Origin: Felis catus
Taxonomy: Eukaryota
NCBI RefSeq assembly: GCF_018350175.1
Contig: NC_058376.1
Span: 6,758,001 to 6,822,000, forward strand
Length of the DNA: 64,000 nt
Direction: 5' to 3'
A program made the translations under genes and the position numbers. This document shows positions 37,008 to 48,089 of the stretch, in pieces. Numbering within the stretch: position 1 is the first letter of the stretch; each line of letters begins with the position of its first letter. The notes under the pieces are model-generated. The model was not told where the DNA came from and did not search any database. It was given only the letters and a program-made list of their open reading frames with translations.

Positions 37008-37495
37008 CTGGGAGTGAGGTGCGTGGATGTGGTGGTAATAATGAATCACCCCTAATAATGAGAAATGAAGGAACCGAATGCGTGAGCCTCTCTGGGCCCG
37101 GACTCCGCCAGCACAGGGAGGAGGAGAAGAGGCAGTCGGGCCGCGGCCCCGTGGACACTGGAAGTTCGGGGCCCACCCGGTCCTCACCGCCGCCTGTGGC
37201 CAAGCTTGGCTGTCCTGGGAGAGCGTGCCCCCCCTCGAGGGCAGAATGTCAACAAGCGGTGACCTCACGTCACCAGCCACCTTGTCTTTCCCCTTTCTTA
37301 TCCCTTCGCCCCTGGAGAGCCTTGTGTCCTAATTTGACCCGCTTCCCCGAGAGAGGTCGGCGTGTCGGCCGGTCCCCCAGGAGCTGAGCACCCGGGCTGC
37401 TGTCCCATTTGGGGACGACGCTCGCCCTGTGCCTGGGGCTGGCCGTTCAGCTCCCTTCCTTCACTGTAACGCGGACAACCGTGCTTCGCGCTCAC

Positions 37496-37701
37496 CGCAC
37501 CAGCTGGGGTGGCTTCATGAGTTAACGTGTGCGAAGCTCTTGGAAGACACCGGGGCCCCGTGACAGGTGGTTCTGGAGCCGCCGAGAAAGACGAGAGCGT
37601 GTGTTCTGGTCCTTCTGGTCGAAGTGTGAGCCCTCGTGTCTTCCTTTTTTCTCTGCAAGCCTGATCGGCTGGAAGAAGTCAAGTGACTCTTCTCGTTGAC
37701 T
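37496..37701 (-). ncRNA. Putative 206-nt internal exon (non-coding or 5' UTR)
   Basis: Strong acceptor ctgcctgtccccacccccttttatccAG|AGTC; donor GCG|GTGAGC; all three frames hit stops, short ATG ORF begins 37518. Confidence 0.45.
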
Positions 37702-37739
37702 CTGGATAAAAGGGGGTGGGGACAGGCAGAGTGGGACAG

Positions 37740-37900
37740 GTGTGGCGTGTGTGGAAGGTGCGTGCGTGTGTGTGGTTCGACCGCGGTGTGTGGTGTAGTG
37801 TGTGTGGTGCAAACGCGGTGGGAGTGAGCGCGTGGTGGCGTGTGGGACACGCGTGTGCGTGTGCGGGGCGTGCGCGTGCGTGTGCGGGGCGTGCGCGGCC
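37740..37900. repeat. (GT/GC)-rich low-complexity tract with perfect 2x21-bp tandem repeat
   Basis: gtgcgtgtgcggggcgtgcgc at 37855-37875 and 37876-37896. Confidence 0.9.
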
Positions 37901-39269
37901 CTGGCAAGTGCCCTCGGGCATCTGGGCGTCTCCCCCGGGGGGAATGGGACAGTGGGACAGGGACCCGGGATGTCGGGGCGGGGACTGAAGCCCCGCGAGG
38001 AGGGGGGTGGAGCCCGCGCTGGTGGGGGAGGGGAGCGGGCTCCTAGCAGCCCTGAACTTTTGTTCTAGAACACCACCTACGCCGCGGGCCGGCCGCCAGG
38101 AGCTGCGCCGCCCACGCGGAATCAGTCAAGCCGACATGAAAGGAATTCGCTTCCAACTGACAGAGGGATTTGTAATTTTTGTTTGAAACCACCCCGAAGT
38201 GCTGCCGTGCGGATTTGCGCAGTCCTCAGGCCGCCCCTGCGCCCGGGGGTGGGGCTCCTGCGATTAATCGCGGACCACAGACCTCTGCCCCGCCCCCGCC
38301 CGGGGCTGGCAGTGGGTGGGGTTCGCCCCGCACCCCGCCAGCCCGCTCTCTGCCTACAGGGGAGGGCAGGGCGGCGCGGGCGCCCTGGGGGGACCAGGGG
38401 CACGCGCAGGTGACCGGCGAGGAGGGGGTCCTGCGGGGCAGCAGCGGAGCTGCGCCCCGGGACCCCTTTCCTGTGAGAAGTCCCCGTCCTGGTGGCCCTC
38501 CTCACCGTCCCCTGGTGGCCCCTGTGGAGAGCCTGCTGGGCTGGAAGCAGAGACAGGGTACCCTCTCGACACCCTTAGTTCCTCCGCACTTCATTTCTTT
38601 CTCCCGGTCCCGAGAGGAGACATCCCCGTGGCTTCGAAAGACCTAGAAGTCACAGGCGGTAAAAGTCACCACTGAAACCACTTTAAGGCATATACTTCAG
38701 TGGTTTTGAGTGTATTCGCAGACTTGTGCAGCCGTCGCCACTAATTCCGGAGCATTTTCATTACTCCCCCCAAAGGAAATGCTGTGCCCACTGGCAGTCG
38801 CTGCCCGCCACTCCTACACCTCCCACCTGAAGACCCCCGACTGCTTTCTCCCCACGGGGATTTGCCTGCTCTGCCCACGGGGCACGAACGGAAGGAGGCC
38901 GGCCGAGGGCGTGAGGTCTCCGGGGACCGCTTCCCCTGGGGCAGCGCAGTGTGGTCAAGATTCAGCTTGCTGCTCGGCGTCCCTGCTTCCTTCCTTTTCA
39001 CACTGGGTGATCGTCTGCTGTGCGGCCAGAGCACAGTTATTATTCACCAGTTGATGGACCGCTGGGGCTTCTAAGTGTTGTTGCTTTACAGACCCGCCTC
39101 GCCTGTCCCCACCAAGGGCAGGCCTTGTGTTGTCCCTTGTTTAGAACCTTCCAGTAGCGGTGCGGCGTGCCCCTCATTTCCTTGCCGAGCACATGACCAG
39201 AGGATGCCTGGGCCGGAATACCTGGGTCAGGCAACCGCCTGGGCCCCGGCATCCCTTTGCCTCACCCGG

Positions 39270-39345
39270 CCTCCGTGCCTTCATCGGTAAAATGAAGGGC
39301 TTGAACCACATGGTCTGGAACGAATCTCTTCCGACTCTAACATTT
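39270..39345. mobile_element. MIR fragment
   Basis: gcctccgtgccttcatcggtaaaatgaagggcttgaaccacatggtc...ttccgactctaacatttta. Confidence 0.65.
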
Positions 39346-41169
39346 TAAGGCATTTTAGCAAAGCAGTGAACAAAGCAGGCTCCTCTTCCCATTTGAAAAA
39401 GGTAGAGAAAAGCCAGCTGTGGGCTACCGTGGTTAGATGCATCCATAACTGAAACTGTTTTGTAAATAATTGGGGTCAGTGCACGGAAGGCATTTCTAAC
39501 AGGCTTCCGAATGACAGCAAATTACCGTGGAGGGTAGGGAAGGAACGACAGGCCAAATTAAAAGAAGAAATGTAATGGGAACAAAATGCAAAGTCTGACA
39601 TTTGGCTCCCAAACCCATCAGAGCAGCTACCAGCTAGGGAAGAGGAAGCCAGAAAGTGCCGTTTCTAATAGGGTTTTTGTTGGTTCGCTTTAAATAAATC
39701 TCATTATGAGCCACTATGAGGTTGAAACGGCCAGTGTGATTTCAGATGATATTAATCATAGGAGTAGAGTGGCTGAAACAAGGGAAGTGACACTGGTGAG
39801 ACCGCCACGTTCTGAGAAGAAGGCCACCGAGAAGAGCAAGGCTGGAGGAGGATGGACGGGATGGCGGAATGTTCCAGAACCATGATGTACTGGGAAGCCC
39901 AGGGAAGACAGCCAGAGCTTCACGAATGTGAAGGAACATCTCCTAACAAAGGGACTTGACCTCTGCCGTGTGGACCCGGAGGGTGGCTGGAGTTGTGCGG
40001 TGGTGGAGTGTCACCGGAGGCAGGAGGAGTTGGGTGGCAGTAAAAGTCTCGGGGATGTGGAGTGGCCTGGGGAGGAGCACCGAGGGGGGCACCCATTCAT
40101 CAGGTGCCGTGGCCAGGGAACTAAGTCATGACTTCAAGACCCTTTTCGTGGATGGAGGAGGCACGGAGTCACAGGAGAGCGCCTGCTTTCACTGGGTGCC
40201 GCCAGCCCAAAGCAGCGTGCTGCCGACTGGGTCTAGACTGGATACACCGTGCGTTGTTCTCATTCGGTACCTGGAGCTCCCAGAGGTAAATTGCTCGCTG
40301 AGGCAACCGCCGATTACTCTGAGGCAATCAGCTATCTATCTCTAAGTCCGTGCAAGCCCGCATCTGAATCAGATAGGGTGATTCACAGCAATTTGAAGTC
40401 TACTTTGCAAGCTGGCTTTTCCCCGAAACACCATTCAGGTGCCCTCGATGACCAGTCAGGCACAGGGCCGGGCTCCCCTGGGATTGGCGAGGCCGGTTGG
40501 TGGGGTTGCCTTTTGTACCCTAAGAATTTTGGGAGGGGGGTAGGGAGCCCTGTGGCTGCTTCCTGGTTCAGGGTCTGAAAACCATTGCATTTAGCCACGG
40601 TTGGCCCCTTCTCTGCCAAGGTTGCCTTGGGCTTCATTTCACGGGCAAAGTGTGCGGCCGGCGAGGCCGATAGCCTCGCTTATACTGGAGATGGCCTGTG
40701 GCGTTCTCGAGGCCAGTGGTCCCTTTTTACTCACCCCGATAGATGTGGGGACCACAAGGCCGGGGTCCGGCTCTGTAGAGGCCAATGTTCAAATGGGAAC
40801 AACGCCTTCTGACGTCGGTAGCTGAGTACCAAAGCCACAGACGGCCAAGGCGAGGTGACACCATTAGCTGGTTGGATACCACACTCCTCCCTGTCTTGCT
40901 CGATGCAAATAAAGGGCCGGGCCCAGGTGGGCCCGAGTGACAAGTGTCACTTCTTTTCGTAAGGAAGAAGGGCTTGCTTCGGGAAAGCTGCACATGGCAA
41001 GACTCACCCATAGGATTCCCTGTCTCCCGGGATATCCCCGTGACCGTTTAGAGCAAGCGCAAGGAGGAAATGAGTGTCAGCCTAGTACTAGCTCTGCGCT
41101 GCGAATGGGAATTAGAGCTGCTTCGTAGGCTGGAAACGAGTGTGGAAACGAGTAGGGTGGAAACGAGTG

Positions 41170-41365
41170 TGAATAATGCAAGGGCAGTACCCCGTACAGT
41201 GTCTGTAGCACAGAAGTCTAGGGACTTCTGCAGGCACAGGTCCATCCAAGACGTGGATATTGAGCAGCTATGTGCCAAGGATTGTTCTGGGCTAGAGATT
41301 CTGCAGGAACAAGACAAAGTCCTTGCCTCCAAAAGCTTGTGTCTGAGTGGGTTAAGGCTAAATAA
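41170..41365 (-). mobile_element. L2 3' fragment
   Basis: tattgagcagctatgtgccaagg...gaacaagacaaagtccttgcctc. Confidence 0.65.
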
Positions 41366-42902
41366 ATAGTACCTGTGTTTACTACTTCTGTTTTTATTAA
41401 CAGTTGGACTCGGAGCTTCTCGTCAGCATCGTCCTCCGCAGGGCCGACGGATGGTGAACTTCTAGATCAAGGGGAAAAGCCTCTTTTCAGCCTTCACTGA
41501 AACACCGTAATAGTCTTCATGCCTTCGTGCTATCATTTTCTCACTGTGATTTTGAAGAAGCCAGTCTGAGCCCCGTCCTCACATTTCTAATGAGGAAATT
41601 TCACATCTTTCTTCCAAGAGGTTATGTAGCCCTCTATGAACTTGGGTTGAGCTGTGATTTGATGAACACACCGCTCTCCATCAAGAATTGACAAGGAGAT
41701 CCCAAATGGGACGGCGTGGACAGCAGATCCGAGTCACCGAGGCACAAAATAAACGCTTTCACTGCCAATCTTTGCAATTTCAGTTTCGGGTCTCAGCGAG
41801 CCAATCGGTACCCGTGTTCTGACCCACTTTTCCTGCTCAACCAAAGTGCGGTTTCCCCCGGGGAACAATTCCCAGGTCCGCATTTCGAGCATGGGTCTGT
41901 TTTCTCCAGAAAATCTGGAAGCTCCAGATGCCGGCAGGTCAGTCCCGTGAGGGTGCTGGCCCATCTCATCCCGCGGACGCGGGCAGGCGAGGCCGGCCCG
42001 ATGGCAGGATGGCATCTAGAAAGCGTGTTGGCTCAAGGCCCGGGCCCTGCCTTTGCTGACGCTGGAGCCCTGGGGCAGAGCTGCTGACGTGTACTCCCTG
42101 GGCTGGCTGTTTACTAGATTGTTTTTTAACAGCTGCACTTCCAGTAAGACCTGAGAACACGCCATGACAGCCTCATTTACAACCCTGAGCTTGTGTGCTA
42201 AGAAAGGGAGAGTCCAGGAAAGGGGAGATTAGCAGGCAGTCAGGTAGATCACCTGATGTGGCCCGAGAGCCGGGGGTAAACCAGATGGCCACATCAGCAC
42301 TGAGGCTGCCTTGCAGAAAGGCTGATTTGAGCAGAATTTCTTCTCGGGAAGGTCCAGACGGCCGAGGGATCTTGGTCGGGGAACGGGAGCTGGTCTCGGG
42401 TCGGCCGACCTCCAGAGTGACAAATGGACACATCATTTCTCCTCCTTGAGCCTCAGATTCCCGACCTGTTCAATAAAGGTGTCCTTTCACTGATTCCTTG
42501 GCACGCAGCAATGCCACACAGCTTTAGGTATGGGGACCCTGGGTCCCCGTCCTCATCTTCTCAGCCGTGGGTCTGTGGGAGAGGCCTTTCTGTGCGAAGA
42601 GGTGGTCTTCTGTGTTAAGTGGAGACATGTGTGGACCTGCTGTCCCTCACGGTCATGGCTGTGTCGTGGGTTTTGTGTGATAAAGCACACAGTGCTCTTA
42701 GCAGAGTGATAGGTGCCCAGCGGGGGGGGGGGGGGTTTACAACAACAAAGGCGCTCGCACCAGCACCGTGAATGGGCGTTAGTGGAGGGCTTGTGTACGT
42801 GTGCACTGGGCCCTGGGCCCCGAGGCTCCGCGCCACCTTCCATCTGGAACATTCTGCTACCTGCGATTGGATAAAAGTCCTCTGACTCTCTCGACCCGTT
42901 CT

Positions 42903-43133
42903 TTTTTTTTTAAATTTTTTTTTTTTTTTTTTAACGTTTATTTATTTTTGGGACAGAGAGAGACAGAGCATGAATGGGGGAGGGGCAGAGAGAGAGGGAG
43001 ACACAGAATCGGAAACAGGCTCCAGGCTCCGAGCCATCAGCCCAGAGCCTGACGCGGGGCTCGAACTCACGGACCGCGAGATCGTGACCTGGCTGAAGTC
43101 GGACGCTTAACCGACTGCGCCACCCAGGCGCCC
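42903..43133 (-). mobile_element. Young Can-SINE (SINEC_Fc1-like) with perfect 15-bp TSD
   Basis: ctctcgacccgttct at 42888-42902 and 43134-43148. Confidence 0.97.
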
Positions 43134-43212
43134 CTCTCGACCCGTTCTGATGGAAGTTACCCAAACCTCCATTTCCACTTCACTAAGATTCATTAAAGAG
43201 TCAGTCACTTTT

Positions 43213-43436
43213 TTTTTTTTTTAATTTTTTTTTCAACGTTTATTTATTTTTGGGACAGAGAGAGACAGAGCATGAATGGGGGAGGGGCAGAGAGAGAGGG
43301 AGACACAGAATCGGAAACAGGCTCCAGGCTCTGAGCCATCAGCCCAGAGCCCGACGCGGGGCTCGAACTCCCGGACCGCGAGATCGTGACCTGGCTGAAG
43401 TCGGACGCTTAACCGACTGCGCCACCCAGGCGCCCC
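43213..43436 (-). mobile_element. Young Can-SINE (SINEC_Fc1-like) with perfect 17-bp TSD
   Basis: aagagtcagtcactttt at 43196-43212 and 43437-43453. Confidence 0.97.
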
Positions 43437-43688
43437 AAGAGTCAGTCACTTTTAATTTAAAACCATTTCCCAAGGCAAAGGTTAAGCTGTCCACTCAGGG
43501 TGGAAGATGATAACAAGAACAATAAATTCCTCTTTGCTTGGTCCTGTAGGCTTGGCAGAGCATTTCTAACTGTGTAACAGGGTCACATGGACAGATGAGG
43601 GGCAGAGGAAGGTCTGGAAGTCATGTCCTCTGGTTCCAAATCTGGTGTCTTTCTACAGCAAAAACAGTTTAGTAGCTGGCTCTTAAAA

Positions 43689-43906
43689 TTTTTTTTTGTA
43701 ATGTTTATTTTTGAGAGAGAGAGAGAGACAGAGTCAGAGCGTGAGCAGGGGAAGGGCAGGGAGAGAGGGGGACACAGAATCCGAAACAGGCTCCAGGCTC
43801 TGAGCTGTCAGCACAGAGCCCGACGTGGGGCTCGAACCCACGAACCGTGAGATCATGACCTGAGTGGAAGTCGGATGCTTAACTGACGGAGCCACTCAGG
43901 TTCCCC
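43689..43906 (-). mobile_element. Can-SINE
   Basis: Flanks agctggctctt / agctgactctt. Confidence 0.94.
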
Positions 43907-44341
43907 CGGCAGCTGACTCTTTAAGACGTGAAAAGAACAGCAGAAAGGTTCATGGCTTGTCTTTCCATCTTCGCACATGGTTGGTTGCTGGAGAGGTGGT
44001 GGGCCCACACGGCCCAGATGTGCTGTCCGGGGCATGTGTGCCTTGCCCTGTGCCGGGGACAGGCTCCCGCACTGTGGTGGCCCCTTATGTGTGCCTAGAG
44101 GAGGATGCATCCCAGCTGCCACCTGCCACAAAGGAGTCCTGCTCCACGAGTCGGTATTTCTCTTTTTTCTAGGCCGAGAGGAGTGAGCCCTTGAGAAGAC
44201 AGGAAATCCCTGTGGAGACCGGGGAATGACCCAATCCATGTCTCCCAGGGGACAGGGGGAGATATCCAAGCTCCGCAAATGGAAAAGAGGTAACCTGGTT
44301 ACTAAAGGCATCTGTGATGAGTGGAGGGAACCTTTAAAAAA

Positions 44342-44556
44342 TTTTCTTTAATGTTTTTATTTATTTTTGAGAGAGAGAGAGAGACAGAACACAAACAGGG
44401 GAGAGGCAGAGAGAGAGGGAGACACAGACTTCAAAGCAGGCTCCAAGGTCTAAGCTGTCAGCACAGAGCCCAACGCGGGGCTCAAACTCACGAACCGTGA
44501 GATCATGACCTGAGCCGAAGTCGGATGCTTAGCCGACGGAGCCACCCGGGAGCCCC
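44342..44556 (-). mobile_element. Can-SINE
   Basis: SINE body, ends gccacccgggagcccc. Confidence 0.94.
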
Positions 44557-44564
44557 TAGAAACT

Positions 44565-44606
<42 letters not shown>

Positions 44607-44615
44607 ACTGACTTT
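44557..44615 (-). mobile_element. Solitary poly(A) insertion with 14-bp TSD
   Basis: tagaaactgacttt - T35 (44568-44602) - tagaaactgacttt. Confidence 0.7.
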
Positions 44616-45924
44616 TGATTGGGAATCGCCAACATGAAAGGTCAGGGGCCGACCGCGTGAGAGGGCTTTGCCAGCATGCCGCCACTCCGCGTTCGGCTGG
44701 GCCTCCGGAGAGCACAGGCTGCCGGGGCAAGTCTCATCAGGCCGCAGGCCCTTCCCGGACGCTGCCGGTGTCCTGGAAGCAATGCACCTCCTGGCTCACA
44801 CGTAGGCAGCTTATCTCAGGTCTTGTTTTGGCTTAGAAATCCTTTAATCTCCCAGGATCGTTTTAATGGATCAGCCTCTATTTTTACTCTTGGACGGCGG
44901 AGTGAATCAGAGACTCGGCCGACTCCACTGGACCTGTGCAGGCCTGTCCCCGAGCATGAAATTCCTTGCAGCTTCCAGCAAGTTACAGACAAAGCTGAGA
45001 GGCTGACATGAAGACAGCGACAGGATGGGGCCTGCTCTTAACCGTGGAGCTCGGTGCATAGTAGGCATTCAGCAAATGTTTGTTGGAAACAAACACCAAG
45101 GGATCCTGTTAATACCAAGTAGCTTTCGGCCCCTGCCGTACAGCATGCGGAACGCGAGACAAGGGCAGCCACCGGTTGTTTTCCGAATTGATGAGCCAGT
45201 GCCTGTAATCCCCCCCCCCCCCGGGAAATATTTGTGGATGTGGCTACGTGCTGTGGAACTTTCTAGGCTTCGCCACGTCTTGGGAACCTTTGTTTTCCTC
45301 TCCTTGGACAGTGGTCGCTGCATTCACCCTCCCCACTCTTAGGGGAGCCCTCGGAGGTGGTGGGTGCTCTCTGGAGCCAGCGGGCTCTGTCTGCATTCTT
45401 CTTGATGCTTATCGAAATCCATTCTGGACCTTCAAGAAGTGGGATTTGGGGCTTTCTAGATGCCATGGTCTGGGCGCTGGGGACCTACTGGAAACCAGCA
45501 AGATTGCTTTTTCATGTTATGCTGTCAATATCCTCCCCAGACGAAAGCCTGGAGAGTTGGACTATTGGCAGGGGGAGCAGGGACAAGGTGTTCCAAGGAG
45601 GGACTGAAGGCGCAGAGTCTGGGGCCCCAGACGTTTGGGGCAGTGTAGTGAGCCTGGAGCAGCCCCAGATATCCTGGGGAGAATGCTCACGAAAGAAGAC
45701 TTGGCCATGGCCACGGGCAAACACAGACACCCGCTGGATCCCCTGTCTGGCTCAGGCAGTCACGTGCTGAGGCCGTGACTCTCCCACCTGCCATCACCGC
45801 CCCTTGTGAAGGCAACTGTTCAGTCCATTGCAAAGCTGAGTGAAGCACTTCTAACCTGTTCCACATTCATGGGCGAGCAGGTCGATGTTAGGATTTTCCG
45901 GAAGACAGTAAGATTTAGATCTCT

Positions 45925-46310
45925 ATTGGTATATAAAGACATTTATTATAAGGAATCGACTCACATGATTACGGAGGCTGAGAAGTCCCAAGATATGAGG
46001 CCAGTAAGTTGGAGACCTGGGAGGGCTGATATTTCCATCAGTCTGAATCCTGGGAAAAAAAGGTTCTAGCTCACAGGATTGGGCAGGAGACGTTCCCTCG
46101 TATTCAGTCCTTTTGTTCTATTCAGATCTAAACTTGATTGAATCAGGGCCACTCAGGTTGGGAAGAGAAATATGCTTTACTCAGTGTACTGATTCAAATG
46201 TTAATCTTTTCTAAAAACATACAGACACACCCAGAATAGTATTTAACCAAATACCCGGGCGCCCCATGACCCAGTCAAGTTGACATGTGAAATGTAACTA
46301 GTTGTGTAGA
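45925..46310 (-). mobile_element. MLT2 (ERVL) LTR
   Basis: atttattataaggaatcgactcacatgattacggaggctgagaagtcccaaga...gacccagtcaagttgaca. Confidence 0.9.
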
Positions 46311-46574
46311 CAGAACTCTTCACAGATTTTATAGGTCAGGGAAATGGGGGGATTCAGGGCTGGTGTCTCAGGTGTTCTCCCTGTCTTTGCCATCACAGGC
46401 TTTCCAGACCACTCCACTCGCTAGGCTAGTCTTCGATGTTCAACACATCGCTTATATATGTCCCCTGAGTGGAGGGCTGGGTGGGTGGAGGAAAGAGATA
46501 AGCAGAGAGACGCTTACAATGGCAATATTACAGTCATTGTGTATATTAGCTGGAGGAACATAGAAAAGTACACA

Positions 46575-47200
46575 CTTATTCATTTAATAAAAATTTTTTG
46601 AACACCTGTTATGTGACAGGTAGGGTCCCACATGCTTAGGAGATGCCAACGAATAAAACAAACATAGGACACTATACTGTGGCAGGGGCAGCAGTCAATA
46701 AACAATAAATAGAAGAGAGTATAATAAATAATAACTTAGATACAATAAGGTAATAAACATGCTAAAAGAAGTCAGCGTTACAGTGTGGTTGAAGGTGACA
46801 AGGAAACTGGAGAGAAAAGAAGCTTAGAGCCAGGTACGAGAGCCTAGAACTTGCCCGTGGGAGGACAGATTGCGATTTTAAGTAGGGACGGTCAAGGTCA
46901 GCCCCACTAAGAGAACGGTGCTTGTGAAGAGGCTTGCAAGAGGTGAAGGGGAAGATTTGGGGAAGATTGTTCAGGAGGGTGGGACAGCCGCTGCAAAGGT
47001 CCGAAGGCAGGCGCATCGAGCATGTTCCAGAAATAGCAAGGAGGCCAGTGTGGCAGAACCTGTGGGGAGGGGAGGGAAGTGGGAGGCCCGGGCAGAGAAG
47101 GAATGGGGCAGACCCCATGGGATGCTGGGGAGAAAGAGAAGGATCAAGGATGGCCTTCGGCCCGAACAAAAACGTAATAGGCGTCTTGGTGTTTCATGAG
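46575..47200 (-). mobile_element. L2 3' region
   Basis: ttattcatttaataaaa...gaacacctgttatgtgacagg...agcaaggaggccagtgtggc. Confidence 0.75.
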
Positions 47201-47870
47201 TTTAATCAGCCATGGCATCGTCTCGGTGGGGAGGGGAGCATCCCCTTCACGCCTCTCCCTTCTTTAGAACACCACCGTCTTACGGAGGCGTGTGTACCCA
47301 TGGGCAAGAAGGCAGCCGTCTACATATCCCGCTCCTCACACATGTTAGGGCAGAAAAAGGGTTCAAGACCAATGTCGTAAACACATGGAAATTCGCTCAC
47401 ATCTGCTGTTGCCTAACATGTACAAACCCTCCTCTAAGGTGATTCTTTATTTTCATCACTTGTAGTCCAACAAGGGATCTTAACCTGAAATACACTGGAC
47501 AGTGAGGTACAATCTTTAAAAGGCTCTTAAGGGGTGCGTCCGAAAGAAGCAGCTGGGTGTCCCTGTAGAAGCTTTCTGCATGTTGGTTTCCGATCGCGGA
47601 ACCAATGTCCACTTGCTCTGGTTTGGAAGGGGCCAGCCGCTGAGGAGTGGTGACTGTGGTTTTATTCGTCCGGAGGCGGGCCATTTCTGTGATTTTAAAT
47701 CTCGTTTGAAACATTCTCCATGGCTTCATCTGGGGTTTCTAATATTCCATCTTTCATAGTCATTATGTTTTTGGATTTAAAATTCCCCTTTTGAGTATTT
47801 GCAAGCCACTGTAAGAGGTTCATGAAGAGAGGTGGATTATAATTTTTCTGGCCTTTCATACCTCTTTAAA

Positions 47871-48089
47871 TTTTTTTTTTTTTACTGTTTATTTATTTTT
47901 GGGAGAGAGAGACAGAGACAGAGTGCGAGGGGGGGAGGGACAGAGAGAGAGGGAGTCACAGAAACCAAAGCACGTTCCAGGCTCTGAGCTGTCAACACGG
48001 AGCCCCGTACAGGGCTCACACCCATGAACTGTGATCTCATGATTTGAGCCAAAGTTGGATGTTTAACCGACTGAGCCACCCGGGCGCCC
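47871..48089 (-). mobile_element. Can-SINE
   Basis: SINE body. Confidence 0.94.

Larger units (their letters stand above)
37050..38650. promoter_or_regulatory. CpG island / probable promoter
   Basis: Very high GC and CpG density, GC boxes at 38288-38301, G-rich tracts, no interspersed repeats. Confidence 0.85.

Noticed and set aside
40903-40910. Octamer ATGCAAAT (also 4602 and one in L1)
   Set aside because: About two are expected by chance; no snRNA PSE or Ig-promoter context
41070-41369. 99-aa ORF with ETSV repeats
   Set aside because: Built from a short tandem repeat plus an antisense L2 fragment
42253-42297. Perfect 11-bp stem (ctgatgtggcc / ggccacatcag) with 23-nt loop
   Set aside because: Roughly 0.5 such stems are expected by chance in 64 kb; it does not extend to a pre-miRNA-like hairpin
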